DNA of 27,688 nt from Gemmatimonadota bacterium (lineage in GTDB: Bacteria; Gemmatimonadota; Gemmatimonadetes; Longimicrobiales; Gaopeijiaceae). The position numbers were made by a program, and so were the translations under genes. Of this stretch, positions 7,413-14,442 are shown in pieces. Under the pieces are notes generated by a model. The model searched no databases. It saw only the letters and a list, made by a program, of their open reading frames with translations, and was not told the origin of the DNA. Every line of letters starts with the position of its first letter. Position 1 is the first letter of the stretch. The DNA is taken from NCBI GenBank assembly GCA_003695865.1, contig RFGQ01000297.1:1-27688 (forward strand). The letters are read 5' to 3'.

Positions 7413-9578
7413 CTATCCTGCCGCCCGCAGTGCTTCCACGTGACGGAGTAGCTCGGACCGCGGAACGCGTGAGAAGCGAAGATCGCCCGTCGAGTCGACG
7501 ATGAAATAGGTCGGAGTCTCCCAACTCCGGAAGGCGTTGTTCACGGCACCGCCCTGGTCGAAGTAAAGGGGTAGGTCGGCATAGCCTTGTCGGCGCAGGT
7601 AGGGGGCGGCGTCCGAGTCGACGGGATCCGCGCTGACGACGACGAGGGGGACCCCCGTGTCTTCGAGTCTCCTTCCCAGCTCGCGCAGCGCAGGCAATTC
7701 CTCGAGGGAGTATCCACAGTAGCGCGACCAGAAAGCGATCACGGCGACCTTTTCTCCGACCAGTTCGCGGAGGCGTGCATGCGTGGAGCCATCCATGGCG
7801 ACCAGGTCGAGAGGGCCGTGCAGGACAGTGCGCTCGGCGAGAGCGTTCGTGTGGCTGATCATCTCGCGTCGCGCCCGGCGGACCTGCACTGCCCAGGCGT
7901 CCGGTCCGAGATACTGCCGCACGGCGTGGATCAGACGGGTCTGCTCCGGGCCGGGCGGCAGGGGATCCGCCGCAAGTCGAGCCACCGGCTCGGCGGCCGT
8001 CACCGTGTCGCCGGCGGAGAGCAGGACCTCGGCGGCCGATGCGAAGACATCTCGATCCCAGACCATCTTCGATGCGAGGAGTAGCGTATCAGCGGCGGCG
8101 GACACTCTACCTGCTGCGAACAGCGCTCTTCCCAGCAGCGCGAGCGTGTGTCCGCGCTCCTCCTGCATGACCCTGGCGAACCGGGATCGGGGGACATCGA
8201 GCGGTCGCGTGGCGTCGTCCGGCGCATGTTCGAGGTCCTCTCGCAACGCGTCCATCGCGCGCGGGGCCCACTCCGGGCGGTCGAGGAGCGTCCGTATCGC
8301 GAGGTCTCGCGTTTCGGGACTCTGTAGGAGCCGAACCGTCCAGCGCGAGACGAGTTCGCTCACCCCCGTTCGCTGGGCCAGTATCAACGCCTGCTGGCCG
8401 ACCACCGGCAAGCGTGACTCGGGTGTCTTCCACATCACCTCGAGCGAATCCAGAGCACGCATCGGTTGGTCCTTCCAGTATAGGCCGAAGATGGTGGCCA
8501 TCCGCTCCTGCACGGCGCGGCGCTCGTTGGGCGCCTCCTTCACCAGCCGACCACGCCAGTACTCGAAGCGGAGCGAATCTCCCACGCCCTGGGCGTACAG
8601 CGTGAGCCCTCGCAGCACCCTTTCCGGCAGCGTGGTCCGGGCCTCATAGCGCACGTGGAGGTCGGCGAACCGCTCGCGGTGACGCGCGAGGAGGGCTTCT
8701 CTCTCCTCGGGAGTGCTGAGCGCGTCTGCGAAGAAGAGGACACTCGACCAGGCGAGCGGGTCGCGAGGGAACAGTTCCGTAGCCCTCAGAGCGGCCTGAT
8801 GGGCTCGGGGGAAGTGGGTCGGTGCCCATTCGGCCTGTTCTGCGTCGAGCGCAGGCAGACCCGGCTTGCTTCCGTCTTCCGAGACCCGCAGGTCCCAGAG
8901 CCTTCCATTGTTGGTATCGATCCGCTCTCCGGTCGTATCCTCGACCGCGAACACACCGTAGGCTGCCTGGGCGGGGAGTTCGAAGCGACCCACGTATACC
9001 CCGTCCCGTCTCGGACGCAGGAGCGCCCATTGTTCGTTGCGGTCCGCCGGGATGCTCGCTCCGCGGATCCTCCCCCGCAGTCGGACTTCGCGGTCTCCGA
9101 CCAGGTGTCCGGCGGGTCGGTAGTGTACTTCGACGACCGTGCCCGCCAGCGGATGGGTCGGCGAGAAGCTGAGAGTGCCCACGCTGGCTGCTGCCGCCGC
9201 CCGGTCCCGCTGAGTTAGGACCAGACCGACCATCGCAAGTGCCAGAGCCACTCCCACCGGGGTGATGATGGCGCTCAAACGCCTGCGGGAGGACGTGTCG
9301 GCCGGCGAGCCCTGAGGCGCATGCACGGCCTGAGGCATGACGACGATGTCTCCCGCACGAAGCCGATCCAGGACGCGGGTGCGGAGCCCGCGCGGGAGCG
9401 CCGGCGGCGGGGTGCTCCGGGCCATCTCGTCGACCTGACGAATCTGACCGAGGGTCCGCCTGCAGCGATCGCACGACATGAGGTGTCGGCTCACCCGGGC
9501 CCGAACCTCTCCGCTCAGCTGGTCGTCCGCGTATTCGGTGAGACGGGAGAAAGACGGGTGAAAGATCGGTCGCCACAT
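7413..9578 (-). CDS. Fusion protein: zinc-binding anti-sigma (ZAS/zf-HC2) domain, one TM helix, beta-sandwich, helical repeats, and a C-terminal TlpA/redoxin-like domain with CxxS
   Basis: H7-x24-H32-x3-C36-x2-C39 at the N-terminus; TM IITPVGVALALAMVGLVL; C-terminal VAVIAFWSRYCGYSLEELPAL...WETPTYFIVDSTG matches the TlpA pattern FWAxWCxPC..E.P.L...P..F.ID..G. The start overlaps the sigma stop (TGATG). Confidence 0.82.
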   Translation of the reverse strand: MWRPIFHPSFSRLTEYADDQLSGEVRARVSRHLMSCDRCRRTLGQIRQVDEMARSTPPPALPRGLRTRVLDRLRAGDIVVMPQAVHAPQGSPADTSSRRRLSAIITPVGVALALAMVGLVLTQRDRAAAAASVGTLSFSPTHPLAGTVVEVHYRPAGHLVGDREVRLRGRIRGASIPADRNEQWALLRPRRDGVYVGRFELPAQAAYGVFAVEDTTGERIDTNNGRLWDLRVSEDGSKPGLPALDAEQAEWAPTHFPRAHQAALRATELFPRDPLAWSSVLFFADALSTPEEREALLARHRERFADLHVRYEARTTLPERVLRGLTLYAQGVGDSLRFEYWRGRLVKEAPNERRAVQERMATIFGLYWKDQPMRALDSLEVMWKTPESRLPVVGQQALILAQRTGVSELVSRWTVRLLQSPETRDLAIRTLLDRPEWAPRAMDALREDLEHAPDDATRPLDVPRSRFARVMQEERGHTLALLGRALFAAGRVSAAADTLLLASKMVWDRDVFASAAEVLLSAGDTVTAAEPVARLAADPLPPGPEQTRLIHAVRQYLGPDAWAVQVRRARREMISHTNALAERTVLHGPLDLVAMDGSTHARLRELVGEKVAVIAFWSRYCGYSLEELPALRELGRRLEDTGVPLVVVSADPVDSDAAPYLRRQGYADLPLYFDQGGAVNNAFRSWETPTYFIVDSTGDLRFSRVPRSELLRHVEALRAAG

Positions 9579-10105
9579 CAGAGTCGATCCTTGAGAAGGC
9601 GGCGCAGAGTCGTGCGGGCCCGACTCAAACGCGCCCGCGACGATGTAACCGAAATGCCCAGCAGTTGTGCGATCTCGTCGTGCGTATACCCCTCCAGCAC
9701 CTTGAGCACGAAGACGGTGCGATACCGGTCGGGGAGGGAGAGGACCGCGTCTTGAATGACGAGGTAGGTCTCGGATTGGGCGGGGGGTGCCGAGCGATCG
9801 ATGACCAGGCCGGTCCTACGAATCCGCATGCGTCGTCCGCGGCGGCGCAGCCGAGCGATGCAATCCCGGGCTGCCGTCGTGCGGAGCCAGCTCAGAAAGG
9901 CTCCTCGATGCGAGTAGGAACGAAGGGCTCTGGGAAGCGAAAGGAAGACATCCTGGACGACGTCTTCGGCCTCATCGGGGCTCGCCAACAGCCGCAGCGC
10001 CAGGGCGAATACCGCGGATGCGTACTCGTCGTAGAGTTGGCCCAGCGCATCGGCCGAGCCGCATCGTGCCTGTTCGATGATGGCGCAGAGCTCATCTGCG
10101 GGCAT
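9578..10105 (-). CDS. ECF (sigma-70 family) RNA polymerase sigma factor
   Basis: Region 2 DALGQLYDEY...AEDVVQDVFL...FLSWL; region 4 LPDRYRTVFVLKVLEGYTHDEIAQLLGIS..SSRARLSRAR. Start is ATG 10105 or GTG 10111. Confidence 0.92.
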   Translation of the reverse strand: MPADELCAIIEQARCGSADALGQLYDEYASAVFALALRLLASPDEAEDVVQDVFLSLPRALRSYSHRGAFLSWLRTTAARDCIARLRRRGRRMRIRRTGLVIDRSAPPAQSETYLVIQDAVLSLPDRYRTVFVLKVLEGYTHDEIAQLLGISVTSSRARLSRARTTLRRLLKDRL

Positions 10106-10157
10106 GCCCACAACGTCGACCCCGGCTCGAGGAACGCCACTTCCTTCGTTCCCAGAA

Positions 10158-10183
10158 TGTCACCAGGTGCTGCGAACGTGACA
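10158..10183. promoter_or_regulatory. Inverted repeat TGTCAC-N14-GTGACA upstream of the ECF sigma; possible operator or promoter element
   Basis: Direct reading: tgtcac at 10158-10163 and gtgaca at 10178-10183, about 50-80 nt upstream of the sigma start. Confidence 0.3.
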
Positions 10184-10198
10184 GGCGATCCGCCTGTC
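10180..10198 (-). terminator. Hairpin immediately after the M20 peptidase stop
   Basis: GACAGGCG-atc-CGCCTGTC, an 8-bp stem 2 nt after the stop at 10200; only a weak U tail. Confidence 0.45.
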
Positions 10199-10199
10199 C

Positions 10200-11564
10200 T
10201 CAGCCTCCCAGTTCGTCGTAGAGGGTGGCGATCGTCCGGATCCCCAGCTCGAACGCCTCCACCGCGAACCACTCGTTGGGCGCGTGCAGGTTGCAGCCGG
10301 GGTACGAGAACCCGATGAGCAGCGCCGGCGCTTCGAGTACGCGCTCGAACTCGCCGACGATGGGGATCGAGCCGCCTTCGCCCACGAGCACCGGGGGTCG
10401 TCCGAAGGCGCGTTCGAGCGCCCGGCGCGCCGCCTGTTCGAGACGTGCGTCGAGCCGGGCCCGCCACGGCCTGCCGCCGTGCAGCTCGTCGACGCGCACC
10501 CTCACACCGGGCGGCGTGACGCGCTCGACGTGGGCGCGGAACAGCTCGCCCACGCGCGCCGGGTCCTGGTCGGGCACCAGTCGGAAGCTGACCTTGGCCG
10601 TGGCCCGCGCGGGCAGCACGGTCTTGGCGCCTTCGCCGGTGTACCCCGAGAGCATGCCGTTGACGTCGCACGTGGGCCGGGACCAGCGCTTCTCGAGCGT
10701 GGAGTAGCCCTCCTCACCGCCCAGCGCCGTCACCCCGATCTCGCGCATGAACCCCTCCTCGTCGAAGGGCAGGCCGCGGATTTCCGCCCGCGTTTCTTCG
10801 TCCCACTCCACCACGTCGTCGTAGAAGCCCTCGATCGCGATGCGGCCGCGCTCGTCGTGCAGCGAGGCGACGATGCGGGCCAGGGCGTTCGCCGGGTTGA
10901 CCACCGGGCCCCCGTATACGCCCGAGTGCAGGTCCGCGTCGGGCCCCTGAACGTGCAACTCGAAGTACGCGAGCCCCCGCAGCGAGTAGAGGATGGACGG
11001 GATACCGGGAGCGAAGAGGCCGGAGTCGGAGATGACCACCGCATCGGCCGCCAGTCGCTCGCGGTTGGCCTCGACGAAGGGCACGAGGTTCGGCGAGCCG
11101 ATCTCCTCCTCACCTTCGGCGATCACCTTGACGTTGACCGGCAGTCGGCCGCGCGCCTTCAGGTGGGCTTCGATCGCCTTGACGTGCAGGTAGAGCTGTC
11201 CCTTGTCGTCGGCGGTGCCCCGGGCGTAGATACGGCCGTCGCGGATCACGGGCTCGAAGGGATCCGATTCCCACTCGTCCAGCGGCTCCACGGGTTGAAC
11301 GTCGTAGTGCCCGTAGACGAGCACGGTGGGTGCGTCGGGTCCGGCTCCGAGCCACTCCCCGTAGACGACCGGATGCCGCGGGGTCTCGCACACCTCGGCT
11401 TCGAGGCCCGCTTCGCGCATGCGCTCGACCAGCCACTCGGCGGCCCGGCGTGTGTCGGCGTCGTGCTCCGACTGGGCGCTGATCGAGGGGATGCGCAGGA
11501 AGTCGAACAGCTCCTCGCGGTAGCGGTCCAGATCGCGGTCGATCGTTGCGGCGACTTCACTCAT
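10200..11564 (-). CDS. M20/M25/M40 family metallo-dipeptidase (ArgE/DapE/CNDP-like)
   Basis: YGHYDVQP, RGTADDKGQ, EGEEEIGS, ISDS and HAPNE metal/catalytic motifs; 454 aa. Confidence 0.95.
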   Translation of the reverse strand: MSEVAATIDRDLDRYREELFDFLRIPSISAQSEHDADTRRAAEWLVERMREAGLEAEVCETPRHPVVYGEWLGAGPDAPTVLVYGHYDVQPVEPLDEWESDPFEPVIRDGRIYARGTADDKGQLYLHVKAIEAHLKARGRLPVNVKVIAEGEEEIGSPNLVPFVEANRERLAADAVVISDSGLFAPGIPSILYSLRGLAYFELHVQGPDADLHSGVYGGPVVNPANALARIVASLHDERGRIAIEGFYDDVVEWDEETRAEIRGLPFDEEGFMREIGVTALGGEEGYSTLEKRWSRPTCDVNGMLSGYTGEGAKTVLPARATAKVSFRLVPDQDPARVGELFRAHVERVTPPGVRVRVDELHGGRPWRARLDARLEQAARRALERAFGRPPVLVGEGGSIPIVGEFERVLEAPALLIGFSYPGCNLHAPNEWFAVEAFELGIRTIATLYDELGG

Positions 11565-11576
11565 GGTGCGACTCCG

Positions 11577-11607
11577 TGAAACCCTCCGTGGGGGTATCCG
11601 TATCTAA
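11577..11607 (+). promoter_or_regulatory. ECF-sigma-type promoter TGAAAC-N16-CGTA(TCTAA)
   Basis: TGAAAC at 11577-11582, exactly 16 nt spacer, CGTA at 11599-11602. Identical to the established B. subtilis SigW consensus. It points into an intergenic region, away from the M20 gene. Confidence 0.6.
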
Positions 11608-11609
11608 CG

Positions 11610-11805
11610 TGTGAGGTGGAAGGATGGGTTGTTGTGAAGACTGGGGAGCCTTCCCGTCGATCGTTCCGGCTGTTGAGCCTGTCGGGGGTTTGGTCACCCC
11701 CTAGATGAGCGGATCCACTTCAAGATCCTCTCGAAGTTCCTTCGAGCTTCCGAGGGGTGGACGGAAAAGGCGGCGGTCCGGAGTTTCGGGCCGCCGCCTG
11801 TCGTT
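11610..11805 (+). ncRNA. Candidate ~190-nt structured sRNA (a 26-aa small ORF at 11624-11704 is an alternative reading)
   Basis: Bounded by the ECF promoter and a terminator hairpin. GU-rich 5' segment, hairpins GGGGGT/ACCCCC (11684-11701) and CTCGAAG/CTTCGAG (11730-11746), the latter enclosed by TCCAC/GTGGA. No recognisable Rfam family by eye. Confidence 0.45.
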
Positions 11806-11806
11806 T
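11765..11806. terminator. Probable bidirectional intrinsic terminator
   Basis: 13-bp stem AGGCGGCGGTCCG/CGGGCCGCCGCCT (11768-11799; one G-U pair on the + strand, a C-A mismatch on the - strand). AAAA on the left gives a U-tract for the - strand GlsB gene; GTCGTTT follows on the right. Confidence 0.7.
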
Positions 11807-11864
11807 GTCGATCGTCTTCGTGCCGGGCTTCGGGGCCCGCACGGCACGCCCCGTGCGCGGCCCG

Positions 11865-12143
11865 CTACAGCATGGAGCGGATGCCCCACCGGTAGATGAA
11901 CGTCATCAGGACCGACAGAACGGCAGCACCCGCCATGCCGCCGACCGAAAGCGCCACGGGCTCGTAGAACTCGAAGATCCCGACGCCGAGCATACCGCCG
12001 ATCACGGCTCCGAACGCGCCGAGCACCATGATGATCGGGACGTGCCCGGGCTGCTCTTCCGGTCGCTTGATCATGGCGCGCATCGTGAGCCCGATGACGC
12101 CCCCCATCACGATCCAGATAGCGATTCCGATCCAGTTCTCCAT
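11865..12143 (-). CDS. GlsB/YeaQ/YmgE (transglycosylase-associated) family stress-response membrane protein
   Basis: 92 aa, three Gly-rich hydrophobic helices (WIVMGGVIG...IMVLGAFGAVIGGMLG...GMAGAAVLSVL). Start placed at ATG 12143. Confidence 0.8.
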   Translation of the reverse strand: MENWIGIAIWIVMGGVIGLTMRAMIKRPEEQPGHVPIIMVLGAFGAVIGGMLGVGIFEFYEPVALSVGGMAGAAVLSVLMTFIYRWGIRSML

Positions 12144-12344
12144 TGCCCTGCGGTTCCCGCTCCGGGGTCCAAGATTGTGACGGCTCACGAATCTATCGGA
12201 GGAACCCGCCGACCGCTACGGGTGCCGGGACGCCCCCGGCGTTGACCCCCCGTCTGTGCGCGTCTACCCTGAGTGGAGCCTGCTTCGGCCCGGGGTCTGC
12301 CATGGTCGGCGCCGGGTGTGCCCCGCACGAAACGGTTGCGAGCC

Positions 12345-12998
12345 TTGAGCGACGACATCATCGATCTCACCTCGTACATCCAGCGGCGTGAGGAACAGGT
12401 CCGGGACGGCGAGCAGGAGCACGCCGACGGTCGCTCGTTCTTCTCGATCTGGGGCGGGGAGGGCGAGCGGTCTCGCTTCGCGCTGCCTCTGTGGCGATCG
12501 GTCTATCTCGCCGGCTGTCGGCGGGGGGCGTTGCTGTCGCGCCGGACCGGTGCGCGGGAGCTCGAGCCGCTCTTCGTGCTGGATCTGGGCGCCGAAGAGC
12601 CCCGCCTGAGCTTCGACGACGACGCGATCGACCCGCGGGCCGTGGAGCGTCACCCCTCGATCACCGAGACCGACGAGGGGGTCGTCGTGCACCTCGGGGT
12701 GCACCGCAATCACGAGTGGTTCATGCTGCTCGACGACCGGGCTCCCGATGCCGAACCCCTCGCCGAGCGAGCCCGAACGGACATCATGTTCCTCGCTGGA
12801 GAGTGCGCGGCTCTGGTGACGTTCTGGGGGCTCGATGGCCGCCCGGCCGGTGGGATCGCCGGGCTGCAGGGACCCGCGGTGGTCTACGAGGAAGCCGGCG
12901 AGGGGAGTGACGGAGGAGACGAAAAGGCACGCGGCGGGGGCGAGGATGGCCCGCCGACGAGCGTGTCCGACGATCCGACCGGAGAGGACCGCTCCTGA
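12345..12998 (+). CDS. Hypothetical protein
   Basis: GC3-rich coding frame with a globular-looking core (IIDLTSYIQRR...RSRFALPLWRSVYL...FLAGECAAL) and a low-complexity tail. Start uncertain (TTG 12345; track 12273). No family recognised. Confidence 0.65.
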   Translation: MSDDIIDLTSYIQRREEQVRDGEQEHADGRSFFSIWGGEGERSRFALPLWRSVYLAGCRRGALLSRRTGARELEPLFVLDLGAEEPRLSFDDDAIDPRAVERHPSITETDEGVVVHLGVHRNHEWFMLLDDRAPDAEPLAERARTDIMFLAGECAALVTFWGLDGRPAGGIAGLQGPAVVYEEAGEGSDGGDEKARGGGEDGPPTSVSDDPTGEDRS

Positions 12999-13023
12999 GC
13001 CTGAGGCCGTGCGTCGCCGCCGG

Positions 13024-13683
13024 CTACCCGTCCTTGCCCATCGCCCGCTTGAGCGCCTCGAGGCGGGCGTCGACATCCATCTCGGGGGCGGGAGAGGGTG
13101 GTTCCGCGTCGGGTCCGAACTCGTCGAAGAGCGCGTCGACCTCTCGCTCGGCCGCGGTGCGGTCGTCGGCGGAGCCCATCTTCTCGGCCATGCGGTCGAG
13201 CTCGGCGAACAGGTCGTCCGCCGCCGAGACGGCCTCGCGCGCGTCCGTGCGTCCGGCCTGCGCGGCGAGGATGTCCCTGTTGCTCTGCGCTTTCTTGAGG
13301 GCCTGGAGCATCTCCTGGACTTCGGCGCGGCGCACGGTGAGTTCCTCTTCGAAGGCCACGACCTTGTGACGGAAGGCCTCGAGACGGCGCTCGTGACGCT
13401 CGGCGTATTCGAGGGCGATGCGCACGGTCTCTTCGTCGCCGATGTCGCGCGCGAGGGTTTCGCGGCGCCGGCAGGTGGCGAGCTGGCGCTCTTCCTCCTC
13501 GACCAGCGCACGGGCCTTGGCCAGATCCTCTTCGAGCTTGCGCACCTGGGCCTGCGCGTCGGTGACCTCGTCGCGCATGCCCGCGAGGAGCCTGTTCACG
13601 GCCTCGGGCACGTCGTCCCGGCCCAGCTCCTCTTTGAAGTTGTCGACCGCCTCGCGGAACGCGCGGCGAAGGTTCTCGAACAT
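13024..13683 (-). CDS. pspA: PspA/IM30 (Vipp1/ESCRT-III-like) family protein
   Basis: 219-aa all-helical coiled coil with the ARDIGDEETVRIAL segment (cf. A...G.E.LA..AL) and the C-terminal VDARLEALKRAMG typical of PspA. Confidence 0.8.
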   Translation of the reverse strand: MFENLRRAFREAVDNFKEELGRDDVPEAVNRLLAGMRDEVTDAQAQVRKLEEDLAKARALVEEEERQLATCRRRETLARDIGDEETVRIALEYAERHERRLEAFRHKVVAFEEELTVRRAEVQEMLQALKKAQSNRDILAAQAGRTDAREAVSAADDLFAELDRMAEKMGSADDRTAAEREVDALFDEFGPDAEPPSPAPEMDVDARLEALKRAMGKDG

Positions 13684-13697
13684 GGCTCCGGCCGCCC

Positions 13698-14303
13698 TCA
13701 GTTCAGGTAGGGCTCGATCCTCTGCGCGAAGGAGTTACGGGCTCGGTGCAGTCGACTCTTCACGGTGCCGAGGTTGACGCCCGTGATCTCGGCGATCTCC
13801 TCGTAGCTCTTGCCTTCGAGTTCCCGCAGCCGGAACACGAGCTGATGATGCTCGGGCAGCGTGCGGACCGTGTCTTCGACCAGCCGGCGCAGGAAACGCT
13901 TCCGGTACAGGTCGTCGGGAGACATGCGGTTGTCCTCGAACTGGATGGGCCGGTGGTCGTCGTCCCAGCCGCCGGTCAGCTTCTGGAAGAGCACGAGCGG
14001 GCTCCGAGAGCGGTTCCGCAACTCGTTCTTCGAGAGGTTGCTGGCGATCGTGTAGACCCACGTCGAGAACTTCTTGTCGGTGTCGAAGCGATGCAGGTGG
14101 CGCGTCACCCGGATGAACGCCTCCTGCACCAAGTCCTGCGCCCGGTCCGGGTCGCCGGTCTTGCGCGCGATGAAGTGGATCAACCGATCCCGGTAGCGCT
14201 CGTAGAGCTCGGGGAACGCTCCCCGCCGCCCCTCGAGGTGGGCTTCCACCAACTCCTCGTCGGTGAGCGACGGAAGCGGGCGCTTCTCGGTCTGGTCGCT
14301 CAC
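13698..14303 (-). CDS. ECF sigma factor, RpoE/SigW-like
   Basis: TDEELV...AFPELYERY...AQDLVQEAFIRV...FDTDKKFSTWVYTIASN...LPEHHQLVFRLRELEGKSYEEIAEITGVNLGTVKSRLHRAR. Start placed at GTG 14303 after TGGGGG; track start 14519 overlaps the E1-alpha gene. Confidence 0.93.
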   Translation of the reverse strand: MSDQTEKRPLPSLTDEELVEAHLEGRRGAFPELYERYRDRLIHFIARKTGDPDRAQDLVQEAFIRVTRHLHRFDTDKKFSTWVYTIASNLSKNELRNRSRSPLVLFQKLTGGWDDDHRPIQFEDNRMSPDDLYRKRFLRRLVEDTVRTLPEHHQLVFRLRELEGKSYEEIAEITGVNLGTVKSRLHRARNSFAQRIEPYLN

Positions 14304-14315
14304 GAATCCCCCAAT

Positions 14316-14330
14316 CAAGAATGATTCTTG
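14316..14330. promoter_or_regulatory. AT-rich 7-1-7 palindrome CAAGAAT-G-ATTCTTG in the sigma leader; candidate operator
   Basis: Perfect inverted repeat read directly. It is overlapped by a second dyad, AATCA-agaa-TGATT (14313-14326), and lies 13-27 nt upstream of the start codon. Confidence 0.45.
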
Positions 14331-14358
14331 TTTTCGACACCTCAATATGGCCGTTCCA
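14331..14358 (-). promoter_or_regulatory. Candidate ECF-type (autoregulatory) promoter TGGAAC-N16-CGAAAA
   Basis: On the - strand: TGGAAC at 14358-14353, 16-nt spacer, CGAA at 14336-14333. ECF promoters commonly have AAC at -35 and CGT/CGA at -10. Confidence 0.4.
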
Positions 14359-14442
14359 CTGGCGGGAGACAAGCGAACGGTCGGACGTGAGCGCATGGCG
14401 GCCGGGCCGCCGACCGAGGCCGCATTTCGCCGACGTTTCGCC

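Noticed and set aside
7344-10121. 10-bp inverted repeat GGTCGACGTT (7344-7353) / AACGTCGACC (10112-10121) flanking the sigma cassette
   Set aside because: Short, built around the self-palindromic GTCGAC, does not extend, and no transposase or target duplication; not enough for IS ends.
11705-11899. 64-aa + strand ORF and 62-aa - strand ORF (11701-11889) across the sRNA candidate
   Set aside because: Both run through the terminator hairpin and into the GlsB gene, with no coding-like composition.
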